Shown piece by piece: positions 31,653 through 40,833 of a DNA stretch of 64,000 bases (position 1 is the first letter of the stretch; each line of letters opens with the position of its first letter). A program made the translations under genes and the position numbers. Source of the DNA: Spirochaetia bacterium. GTDB taxonomy: Bacteria; Spirochaetota; Spirochaetia; CADAEX01. A model generated the notes under the pieces. It was not told where the DNA came from. It saw only the letters and a program-made list of their open reading frames with translations, and did not search any database. Location: positions 1,888,001-1,952,000 of the forward strand of contig OY759746.1 in assembly GCA_963662795.1 (NCBI GenBank), given 5' to 3'.

Positions 31653-31898
31653 ATGGAAATAAGCACAAAAGAGCTCAGAATAAAACCTGGTAGAATTATT
31701 GAAAAAGTCTCACATGGACAGGAAGTTGTGGTAACTTTTAGAGGAAAAGCATTAGCTAGAATAGTTCCTATGGCTAATCATAACAAAAGTATTGACGAGA
31801 AAGAAAAAGAAGAACTTTTTGGATTATGGAAAAACCATAAAGATATTGAGAATGTTGATAATTATGTAAGAAAGATGAGAAAAGGAAGAGAATTTTGA
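31653..31898 (+). CDS. Phd/YefM-family antitoxin
   Basis: ISTKELR...GQEVVVTFRGKALARIVP; overlaps a PIN toxin gene. Confidence 0.85.
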   Translation: MEISTKELRIKPGRIIEKVSHGQEVVVTFRGKALARIVPMANHNKSIDEKEKEELFGLWKNHKDIENVDNYVRKMRKGREF

Positions 31899-32272
31899 TA
31901 ATCGATACAGATGTTATAATATGGTATCTAAGAGGAAATGAAAAAGCAAAAGAATTAATATATAAAAATATACCATTTAAAATGTCAGTAATAACTTATA
32001 TGGAAATTGTGCAGGGGATGAAAGATAAAAAAGAATTATTGATATTTCAGAAACATATAAGAAAATGGGATGTTGAAATAATACAAATAGATACTGAAAT
32101 ATCTTCAAGAGCAATGTTTTTTGTAGAAGATTATTTTTTAAGTCATTCAATGGAATTATCAGATGCATTAATTGCAGCGACAGGAATACAGACAAAAGAT
32201 GTTATATTAACAGCAAATGATAAACATTATAAATTTATCCCTAACATACAACTGGAAAAGTTTAAACCTTAG
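31895..32272 (+). CDS. vapC: VapC PIN-domain toxin
   Basis: IIDTDV, E..G, SDALIAAT, LTANDKHY. Confidence 0.9.
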   Translation: MIIDTDVIIWYLRGNEKAKELIYKNIPFKMSVITYMEIVQGMKDKKELLIFQKHIRKWDVEIIQIDTEISSRAMFFVEDYFLSHSMELSDALIAATGIQTKDVILTANDKHYKFIPNIQLEKFKP

Positions 32273-32325
32273 AACGCCCAAGCCTTGGCGGTGCCGTGCG
32301 GCTTGGAAGAGAGGGGCGGTACTTC

Positions 32326-32496
32326 CGAGAACAGAGGATAAAGCGCTTCGCTCCCTCTGGTCGCTTGGGCTTCGCCACACATCGTAGGTTTTGAACTACA
32401 ACATTTATAAACAACAAGTGTTGGAAGAAGAATATTGCAGCTTTGAAATATTCATTCTTAGGCTACGATGCGTCGCTTATCCTCGGGACGTTATAC
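32326..32496 (+). repeat. attC-like site 17 (AGAGGATAA core)
   Basis: CGAGAAC...GTTATAC. Confidence 0.85.
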
Positions 32497-32650
32497 GTAA
32501 TGGCCAGGCAAGAGAAAATCGCCCGGACCTCCGGCCGACGGGCGAGGATATGCAATATTGTAATATTTGCTATGTGTTATTATGAAGAAAAATAGTTTCA
32601 AAACGTACCTTATTGGTTCATAAAATAGAAAATGAACTATAAAAGTACAA

Positions 32651-32680
32651 TTGACAAAAATAGAACCGATAAGGTACAAT
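32651..32680 (+). promoter_or_regulatory. Putative sigma70 promoter (probably leaderless)
   Basis: TTGACA-18bp-TACAAT with the ATG 7 nt downstream. Confidence 0.55.
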
Positions 32681-32687
32681 ATAGATC

Positions 32688-33323
32688 ATGAATGTAATAG
32701 CAGTAATTGCGGATATAGTAGATTCAAAACATATTATTGATAGGAGGAGTTTTCAGCTCGATTTGGAAAAGAAATTAAACATAATTAATAAAAAATCGGC
32801 TAAAAGTATATTATCTCCTTATACAATTACAATAGGTGATGAATTTCAAGTTCTATATAATTCAACAGAAACTCTTTTCGATGATATATGGGATATTATT
32901 GAAAGTATCTTTCCATATAAATTGAGGGTTTCTATAGGATATGATAAAATATTAACCCGAACTAATAAGGAACGAGCAATAGGTATGGACGGACCAGCTT
33001 TTCATTACGCTCGAGATGGATTAGAACGGCTAAAGAAACAAAAAAGAACAGTGATTCAAGTATTTAGTGCTGAGATACCTTCAATCGAATTAATAAATAC
33101 AAGTTTGTTATTAGTCTTTGATCAGGTGGAAAAGTGGAAAGAAAATACACTAAAAATATTTGTAAACATGTTGAGAAAAGAAGATATGCAAACTATTGCA
33201 AAAAATATTGCTATTTCAGAGAGAGCCGTATATAAGAGCATAAAAGCAAATAATTTAAAAACAATAAAAGATCTAATTGAAGTGATCAAGAACCATATTA
33301 AAATAGGGATAGAAATGTTATGA
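32688..33323 (+). CDS. SatD-family protein
   Basis: AVIADIVDS, TITIGDEFQ, MDGPAFHYAR, C-terminal HTH. Confidence 0.8.
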   Translation: MNVIAVIADIVDSKHIIDRRSFQLDLEKKLNIINKKSAKSILSPYTITIGDEFQVLYNSTETLFDDIWDIIESIFPYKLRVSIGYDKILTRTNKERAIGMDGPAFHYARDGLERLKKQKRTVIQVFSAEIPSIELINTSLLLVFDQVEKWKENTLKIFVNMLRKEDMQTIAKNIAISERAVYKSIKANNLKTIKDLIEVIKNHIKIGIEML

Positions 33324-34090
33324 ACAGTGTATATTTTTATACATTAATAATTATCATGTCAGCAAGATGTATATTCCAAAATATTGAAAAACCAGTGTCT
33401 TTTAAAAAAAGCATATTTATACTTTTCGTAGAAGTAATTTTGGTAGTCCCATTATGGTCTTCAAGAATTATATTTTTACTTCTATTTTTGGTCGCTCTAA
33501 ATGGAGTTATACTCTGGTTAGAAAATACAAAGCTTAATATTCATTTATCGCGGTTTTTAAGTTTTACTATTTTCACTGTTTTTTTGGCATCAATAACTGG
33601 TAATAATTTGATTATTCACAATTTTAGCCCGATTGCTATAAAATTATTTCAAAAGCTTAGTGAAAATAATCTAATACTAAATTTTGTTAATAATTTTGGA
33701 TCTGAAAAAATATTTATTTATTTATCAGGGCTGTTAATTATTACAAATGAAGTAAATAATTTTGTACGCTATATTCTATACTTATTGAGAGTCGAGCCAA
33801 ATGGAAGTGGGGATTCTAGTCAGCAAAATGAATATGTTAAGCAAGAAAAAAATGAAGAGCTGAAACGTGGAAAAATTATAGGTATTATAGAACGAATATT
33901 AATATTTGTTTTTACTCTATCAAACAACTTTGCTGCAATTGGATTTATTCTTGCAGCAAAAGGTTTTACGCGATTCAAAGAATTGGATAATCGTAATTTC
34001 GCAGAATATGTATTAATAGGTACTCTTTTATCTACTTCAATTTCAATTTTAACAGGACTATTATTTAGTAGATTATTATTGCACATATAA
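33320..34090 (+). CDS. DUF3307-like membrane protein (SatD partner)
   Basis: GKIIGIIER..IF, AAKGFTRF, AEYVLIGTLLS. Confidence 0.75.
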   Translation: MNSVYFYTLIIIMSARCIFQNIEKPVSFKKSIFILFVEVILVVPLWSSRIIFLLLFLVALNGVILWLENTKLNIHLSRFLSFTIFTVFLASITGNNLIIHNFSPIAIKLFQKLSENNLILNFVNNFGSEKIFIYLSGLLIITNEVNNFVRYILYLLRVEPNGSGDSSQQNEYVKQEKNEELKRGKIIGIIERILIFVFTLSNNFAAIGFILAAKGFTRFKELDNRNFAEYVLIGTLLSTSISILTGLLFSRLLLHI

Positions 34091-34192
34091 ACATTTTATA
34101 AATAGTGACAATTGGGGCAATTATCTAACATTCGACATTTTAGTCCAGCCTTGGCTCCACCGTGCGGCCTGGACAAGAAGCCTGGCCACTAC

Positions 34193-34345
34193 GTATAACA
34201 GCGAATGACCGGTTCCGGCTGTTTCTAAGAAAGCAGCCTCCACCCAAATTGCCAAAATAATTCATATTAAGAATAATGGAATAAGGATAAACTTTTGGAG
34301 TGAGAAACATTATCGGCAACTTCGGTCATTCGCGGGACGTTATAA
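34193..34345 (+). repeat. attC-like site 18 (AGCGAATG core)
   Basis: GTATAAC...GTTATAA. Confidence 0.85.
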
Positions 34346-34440
34346 GCAATGTTCCCGCAAGAAGGGACCGCCCGGACCTCCGGCCGACGGGCGAGGATAT
34401 GCAATATAATAATATATGTTATGTATATTTAGGGGAAAAA

Positions 34441-35883
34441 ATGAGTTATATAAGAAATGAAATAATAGATGAAGAAATTAATAATCATTATAAACCGCCA
34501 ATAATTACTGCTTCTGCTCAATCATTGCCTTTCAATAATATTGGTGATCGCGGATTTGAAATATTGATATATCGAATATTTAAAAATACTGATTATTTTA
34601 AGAAACAAATTCAATATGATAGAGTTGAACTGATGGAAGGAACTGCTGATAGAGGTAGAGATGTATGCCTTATTGATGAGCATAATAAGGTAAAAGGTGT
34701 TATTCAATGTAAAAACTATCAAGAAAAAATTACTAAACCCAAATTAATTAAAGAGATATTAAAGTTTTTAATATTTATAATTATTTCTGATGAAGAATAT
34801 TCCCTTTCCAATTATTTTATTGTTTCTCCTTCTGGAATTAATTCAAAAGCTAAAGATCTGATTAGAAATTTTTGTCAAAATATCAAAGTTGAGCCAATTG
34901 AAAAATATTTTAATGATTTAAAGGAAGAGTTTTCTTCATTTGAAGATTTAATATATACCAATTTAAAAGAAAAAATTAATGAAATGCTTGAGACAATTTC
35001 TGTAACTGAAATCAATGGTATTGATTTGACAGAAATATTATATAAATATCCAGATAATTTGGAAAATCATTTCAAGGTAGTTAATGTAGTCTCTATTAAA
35101 AAAAATGAAGAAATGCTTGATAACAAATTGAGAGAATTTGGATTAAAAACTTTGACTGATAATGATCTTCAGTTAATTCAAAAAAGAATTGGATTTCTTC
35201 CTGAAAATAAAAGATTTAGATTTATGAACGTAGACTTTTATGGTTTACCAGAAAATCTAATTGTTAAAAATAAAAGTAAGATGATTCCAGTAATTGAAAA
35301 ATTGATAAAAGTACAAGGTGATTTATCAAAAATACTTTTAGATTATATTAATAATGAGATACATGATCAGATATTTAATAGAATAACATTACCATATCTG
35401 ACCACTGGGAAAGTACATCCATTTTCAGTACAAGTTGCAAGTCCGTATATATATAAACTATCTTCAACAGCTTTATTGTCTAAGCAAATTCCGATTGATT
35501 TAGCAAAAAAAATGTATTCCAAAATACTAGAAAATAGAGAAAAATTGATTGAAGAAATTGAGAGAGAAATATTTGAAGTAGCAAAGAAATCGTTTCAAAA
35601 TGATTATTCAACGTTGAAAGGTACAGAAGCTTTAATTAAATACAAAATTAATGTGTTGAAAACTCATTTATTAAAAGGATTCATAAATATTGAAGACGTA
35701 GAAATTCAATACAAAAAGGACAAAGAGACTATACTGCCTATTATGAATGAAATCTATGAATATATTTATGAATCAATAGTGTCTCCTTTAACAATTGTTC
35801 TTCATGAAATATCCGTTTGGGAAGAACCAGACTTTCTAAATAAGGTTGCATCGGATAATAAGAAATTAAAAGACAATACATAA
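34441..35883 (+). CDS. Mrr-like restriction-endonuclease-domain protein
   Basis: FE.LI, DRGRD, IQCKNY; start reassigned from 34300 (inside attC) to 34441, after an AGGGG RBS. Confidence 0.72.
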   Translation: MSYIRNEIIDEEINNHYKPPIITASAQSLPFNNIGDRGFEILIYRIFKNTDYFKKQIQYDRVELMEGTADRGRDVCLIDEHNKVKGVIQCKNYQEKITKPKLIKEILKFLIFIIISDEEYSLSNYFIVSPSGINSKAKDLIRNFCQNIKVEPIEKYFNDLKEEFSSFEDLIYTNLKEKINEMLETISVTEINGIDLTEILYKYPDNLENHFKVVNVVSIKKNEEMLDNKLREFGLKTLTDNDLQLIQKRIGFLPENKRFRFMNVDFYGLPENLIVKNKSKMIPVIEKLIKVQGDLSKILLDYINNEIHDQIFNRITLPYLTTGKVHPFSVQVASPYIYKLSSTALLSKQIPIDLAKKMYSKILENREKLIEEIEREIFEVAKKSFQNDYSTLKGTEALIKYKINVLKTHLLKGFINIEDVEIQYKKDKETILPIMNEIYEYIYESIVSPLTIVLHEISVWEEPDFLNKVASDNKKLKDNT

Positions 35884-35995
35884 CAATTACATTCAACTGA
35901 ATATTTTATTTGTACAGGTAGAGTAATTACCTGAAAGTTTGAGAAGTCCAGCCTTGGCTCCGCCGTACGGCTTGAACAAGAAGCGGGAACACTGC

Positions 35996-36187
35996 TTATA
36001 ACAGCGATTATTTCGCTGCGCTCCCTATGGTCGCTTGGGCTCCTGCCAGTTGAGCTGGCAGATCGCCATATTTTGTTTTCATTAAACCAGAATAATTATT
36101 GTTAGATTCTTTTCAAGTCTGAAAAAGTCAAATAAAAGTATTTTAGAGTTTAGTCCCAAAACATCGAATAATCGCGGGACGTTCTCC
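35996..36187 (+). repeat. attC-like site 19 (AGCGATTATT core)
   Basis: TTATAAC...GTTCTCC. Confidence 0.85.
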
Positions 36188-36350
36188 GAAATACCGCCCT
36201 AAGAGAACGCCGCCCGGACCTTTGGCCGACGGGCGAAGAATGAAAATGATGAAAATATTATTATAACTCTATATTTTGTAAGAAAATATAAAAATGTAGA
36301 CATTTTAACTATTAAGTTCTATAATAAATATTATCCTAAAGGAGTTTAAT

Positions 36351-36692
36351 ATGATGGATGTTTTGGGTATAGAAAAAGTTCTATGTGAACTTTCCCAGCA
36401 TGCTAGTCTTGATTTAATTTCAGAAAAAAATAAGGAATATTTAATACGTTCAAATAAAAGACTCAAGGCATATCTTTTTAATGAAAAAGTTGATGAATCA
36501 ATTTTAAAAAATACAGAAGAGCCAATAGTTTTTATAAATAAAATATTTTCAGTTGAACAAAACGAAAAAAATACTTTAGAATATTTAAAAAAATTTGTTG
36601 AAAGTGTAGAAAATAACCAATTAGAAAATTATAAAAATATTTTTTTATATTATAAGAGAAGTGAATACAATAAAAATTTATTTTGTAGCTAA
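36351..36692 (+). CDS. Hypothetical protein (in frame with the next ORF)
   Basis: AAGGAG RBS; TAA immediately followed by an in-frame ATG. Confidence 0.65.
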   Translation: MMDVLGIEKVLCELSQHASLDLISEKNKEYLIRSNKRLKAYLFNEKVDESILKNTEEPIVFINKIFSVEQNEKNTLEYLKKFVESVENNQLENYKNIFLYYKRSEYNKNLFCS

Positions 36693-37862
36693 ATGGAAAT
36701 TAATGATGATTATATATTCCATTCTTTGTTAAGTACTCAAAAAATATTTAAAAAAATTGAAAAATATTATTTTACTGATTCAAATATTTATGAGTTATTA
36801 AAAAATATAAATATTGTTTTGAGTGATTTTCTCCAAAATTATAATGCTTATTCTCATTCTGATGTAATGGATATCGTTAATACTTTAAATGAAATCGAAG
36901 AATATATTGTCAATTCAGTACCAAAAAAATATCCAAATGAATTAAAAATATTGCTTAATTATATATGGAAAAATACTGTTGAGTTATCAGATTTAAATAT
37001 TCTGATTACACAAAAACCAAATTTATCCTATCACCATATGAAAGTTGACATTGTAAAAGATAATTATGTATTTTTCTGTATACCTAAACATTATAAAAAT
37101 GAAATATTATTGAATTCAATAGTACTTCATGAATTAGGTCATTATTATGATAAAAAAGATAATACAACTCCAATTATCCGTTCTGAAATAATTCCATTAG
37201 AATTAACACTTGAAGCAAAAAAACAACAAATTGATCCGATATCTTGGTACAGAGAACTATTTGCTGATCTTTTTTCAGTAAAGACAGGAAGTTTTAGTTG
37301 TTTCTTTTCCCTCTACGAAACAATAATAAATCATGATTTTGTTATTAATCAAATTACAGGATCAGATTCACATCCATACAGTATTTATAGATTTATATTG
37401 ATAAAAAATTATTTGATTCAAAAACATAAAGCTTTTTTTAACAAATCTAAATACGGGAAAAAGATAAATACACTAATCACAGATTGTGAAAAAAAATATG
37501 AAAATATATTGTTGTTAGATAATACAAAAATTGAAAAACTATATGGCTATTATCTATATGAACATTTTTTAGCAATTGAAAAAGGATTATTTGAAAGTAT
37601 TAAAGAAATTGAATTAAATAATGCTATAGATAGTTATATAGATCAAATAATACATCTAATCCCACCAAAAATTGTTAAAAACGATACTTTGATAAGTTTA
37701 GTAATATCGGGTTGGCTCGCATATTATTTTGAGAGAGATAAAATTGCTGAAAGAGCTAATATTGATAAAAATGATTTAGAAAATATCAGAAAAATTGTTA
37801 ATAATCTGATAAGAAAATCAATAAGAAATGCAGATGCTTATTCTCTTTGGGTAATTAAATGA
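36693..37862 (+). CDS. Putative HEXXH zinc metallopeptidase
   Basis: VLHELGH...ELFADLF...SHP. Confidence 0.65.
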   Translation: MEINDDYIFHSLLSTQKIFKKIEKYYFTDSNIYELLKNINIVLSDFLQNYNAYSHSDVMDIVNTLNEIEEYIVNSVPKKYPNELKILLNYIWKNTVELSDLNILITQKPNLSYHHMKVDIVKDNYVFFCIPKHYKNEILLNSIVLHELGHYYDKKDNTTPIIRSEIIPLELTLEAKKQQIDPISWYRELFADLFSVKTGSFSCFFSLYETIINHDFVINQITGSDSHPYSIYRFILIKNYLIQKHKAFFNKSKYGKKINTLITDCEKKYENILLLDNTKIEKLYGYYLYEHFLAIEKGLFESIKEIELNNAIDSYIDQIIHLIPPKIVKNDTLISLVISGWLAYYFERDKIAERANIDKNDLENIRKIVNNLIRKSIRNADAYSLWVIK

Positions 37863-38473
37863 AATTACTAAATTACGAAGGTTTAAATGAAAAAATTAAT
37901 AATTACAATGATTTGGAAAATAGTATTTTTATTGAACCTTTATTAGATGTAAGGCAAATATCTTCGGTTTGTGTAGATTTAAGATTAGATGTAAATTTTT
38001 ATGTTCCCGTAAAAACTAATGAATCATTAATTTCATGTTGTAAAGGTTCAGAAGATATTGAGAACTTTTTTGAAAGCACATACCGTAAAATTGGAGATAG
38101 TTTTATTATTTATCCAAATCAATTTATTATAATGAATACTTTAGAATATATAAGATTACCTAAAAATATACACGCAGAAGTTGTAATAAGATCTTCGTTT
38201 GAAAGATTAGGATTGTATTTATATTCAATTGTTCAACCAGGATATTCTGGAGTTCTAACCTTGAGTTTGAAAAGTAGTGCAGAAACTCCAGTAGAATTAG
38301 TAGTTGGATCAAGAATTGCACAAATTAAATTTTTTGATAATAAAAAAAATAAAAAATATTCAAGTTACAGTGAAAGTGCAAAGTATTTTTGTGCCGTTGA
38401 ACCTGAATTATCAAAAATATTCAAAGATGATGATATTGAAATACTTAATAAAATAAAAAATGTAAATGCCTAG
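37859..38473 (+). CDS. dcd: dCTP deaminase (trimeric dUTPase fold)
   Basis: VDLRL, TLEYIRLP, RSSFERLGL, VQPGYSG, RIAQI. Confidence 0.8.
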   Translation: MKLLNYEGLNEKINNYNDLENSIFIEPLLDVRQISSVCVDLRLDVNFYVPVKTNESLISCCKGSEDIENFFESTYRKIGDSFIIYPNQFIIMNTLEYIRLPKNIHAEVVIRSSFERLGLYLYSIVQPGYSGVLTLSLKSSAETPVELVVGSRIAQIKFFDNKKNKKYSSYSESAKYFCAVEPELSKIFKDDDIEILNKIKNVNA

Positions 38474-38535
38474 ACATTATTTAGTCCAGCCCTTGCCTCC
38501 GGCCTATCGGTCTGGACAAGAAAGGGCGGTACTTC

Positions 38536-38711
38536 CGAGAACAGAGGATAAAGCGCTTCGCTCGGAGTACCTCGCTTGGCCTTCGGTATATTTTACTATC
38601 ATTTAAATGAGAATAATTGAATAATTATCTTTTTTTATATTTTATTAATCAAACACAAGAGATTTCTATAGTTTAAGCCGTAAAACATCGCTTATCCTCG
38701 GGACGTTATCC
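38536..38711 (+). repeat. attC-like site 20 (AGAGGATAA core)
   Basis: CGAGAAC...GTTATCC. Confidence 0.85.
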
Positions 38712-38852
38712 ACAATGCCCCCACAAGAGAACATCGCCCGGACCTCCGGCCGACGGGCGAGGATTAGCGCAATATATAATAAATATGAATTATAATAAAG
38801 GTATTTAAAATTAGATGAATAATAAAAAGTTATAATTGCAAAGGAGAAAAAG

Positions 38853-39815
38853 ATGTGTATAGAAACAATAGCTAATTATTTAGATCAGTATCAGAATAGA
38901 TTTTATGACTATTCTCATAATGAACATATAGAACGCTGGATTTCTCAATTTAATAATCAAGATATAATAATAAATGAACTTGCCCACATAATGGATAAGG
39001 TTTTCATTGAAGAACATAATGAAACAACTTTTTTTGAAAATCTTTTACAAAATCCTAAAATTATTGCTGATATAGGACCCTCAGGGAGTTATTCAATTCT
39101 AAATATACAAAGGAATGGGATAAGTCAGACAATTTATTCTAGAAAAATGCAAGAAGTATTTAAAAATGTTCTTGATGAAGATGTTCCTATAAATGATTTT
39201 ACAAAATCTGTTTTGATATATGTGGATGATTTTATGTTTTCTGGTATGAAAGCAAGACATGATATTTTAAATTTATTTGAAGAAAATGAAAAGAAAAAAG
39301 TTGTATATATTTTTATTGGAATACACAGTAATGCAACTTATTATTTATCTAAAACATTTAAGAATGAAAAAATCAATAATACAGTTTGGCGCTGTATACC
39401 TTTTGAAAATACATTATTTAAAAAAGATTTTTCAGATGTTTTTTGGCCAAAAAATAATATTAGATATTACCAAGAAGTCATAAACTATAAAGAAAGGTAT
39501 CTGGACAGAGATTTAGAACTACGATCTGATTCTTCAACAAGCATAGGAAGTTTGGAGCTTTTTACAAGCAGTGAAAATAGGGAAATAATTGAAAATGAGT
39601 TTCTTTTAGCTGGAATAAAAATAATTAATGAATGCAATACGGATATACCCCCTCTAGGGGTATCAGCTTTTAAAGGTATTGGTTTTGGTGGTACTGCAAT
39701 GAGTTATCGAAACATTCCAAATAATACGCCAATATGCTTATGGTGGGGAAATCCAACTAATTCCGGAGGACTTGGTAATTGGTACCCATTAATGATGAGA
39801 AGAGTATATGATTGA
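38853..39815 (+). CDS. Phosphoribosyltransferase-like (PRTase-CE type) protein
   Basis: WISQF, IYVDDFMFSG, G.GG...RNIPNNTP..LWW. Confidence 0.7.
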   Translation: MCIETIANYLDQYQNRFYDYSHNEHIERWISQFNNQDIIINELAHIMDKVFIEEHNETTFFENLLQNPKIIADIGPSGSYSILNIQRNGISQTIYSRKMQEVFKNVLDEDVPINDFTKSVLIYVDDFMFSGMKARHDILNLFEENEKKKVVYIFIGIHSNATYYLSKTFKNEKINNTVWRCIPFENTLFKKDFSDVFWPKNNIRYYQEVINYKERYLDRDLELRSDSSTSIGSLELFTSSENREIIENEFLLAGIKIINECNTDIPPLGVSAFKGIGFGGTAMSYRNIPNNTPICLWWGNPTNSGGLGNWYPLMMRRVYD

Positions 39816-40419
39816 AGAAAGAAAATATATTAAAAGTGAAGTAATATCATTTTTTAAAACAGATGAAAAGTTCGGTGTTTTATCTAATATGAAAGGAAAA
39901 CAAGAAATACTTGTCAATGATATTTGGTTTTCATCATCAGAAGCTATTTATCAGGCTTTAAAATACCCAAACTACAAAAACATACAACAAAAAATAGCTT
40001 TTGAAAAAAGTCCAATATTAGCGAAGAAAATATCTATTAGTAATAAGCAATTTATTCGTAAAGATTGGTATGAAGTAAGAAATAATATAATGCGATTATG
40101 TATTAGAATACGATTACTACAATCACAAGAATTTTATGATGTTCTATTATCTACTTCAGATAAAACAATAGTTGAGATTTCTCGCAAAGACACTTACTGG
40201 GGATCAACTATTTCTGATAATAATTATTTAAATGGAAAAAATGTTTTAGGCAGATTATTGATGGAACTCAGATATGAAATAGTAAAAGGTGAAATATTAA
40301 AAAGAATATCACACATATTAAAAAATACTTCTAATATTATAATAAATGAGCGAGCAATAACTGAAAAAAGTTTGATTGAAGATTGTAAAAAAAATTATCT
40401 TACAATAATTTCACCATAA
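39808..40419 (+). CDS. NADAR-family ADP-ribosylhydrolase
   Basis: LSN, SSEAIYQALK, RKDW, VE...DTYWG, GKNVLGRLLMELR. Confidence 0.85.
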   Translation: MIEERKYIKSEVISFFKTDEKFGVLSNMKGKQEILVNDIWFSSSEAIYQALKYPNYKNIQQKIAFEKSPILAKKISISNKQFIRKDWYEVRNNIMRLCIRIRLLQSQEFYDVLLSTSDKTIVEISRKDTYWGSTISDNNYLNGKNVLGRLLMELRYEIVKGEILKRISHILKNTSNIIINERAITEKSLIEDCKKNYLTIISP

Positions 40420-40537
40420 TTCATTGTATTAATTTGTAAAGGTAAAGGATTAAAAGCAGAATAATTACATTGTAATTTTAAGAAGTCCGGCCTTGGCTTC
40501 CAGCCGTACGGCCTGGACAAGAAGTGGGGGCACTGGT

Positions 40538-40710
40538 GGATAACAGAGGATAATTCGCTGCGCTCGGAGTACCTCGCTTGGCCTGCGGCATATTTTGCTA
40601 TCATCAATCTTGAATAGTAAAAAGTTAAACTCTTTTCAAGATTAACAAAGCAGACATAAATGTTTTAGAGTTTAAACCGCAAAACATCGCTTATCCTCAG
40701 GACGTTATCC
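40538..40710 (+). repeat. attC-like site 21 (AGAGGATAA core)
   Basis: GGATAAC...GTTATCC. Confidence 0.85.
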
Positions 40711-40833
40711 ACAATGCCCCCACAAGATGCAATCGCCCGGACCTCCGGCCGACGGGCGAGGATATGCATTACATGATGTGTATAAAATAAAAGGAAATTA
40801 AAATATTATAGTTTTATATACATAGGGGAATTA

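Noticed and set aside
34300-34440. N-terminal extension of the 527-aa ORF (likewise 12480-12581 of the 219-aa ORF)
   Set aside because: The extensions run through attC or leader-hairpin sequence; downstream ATGs with an RBS or signal peptide are the more likely starts
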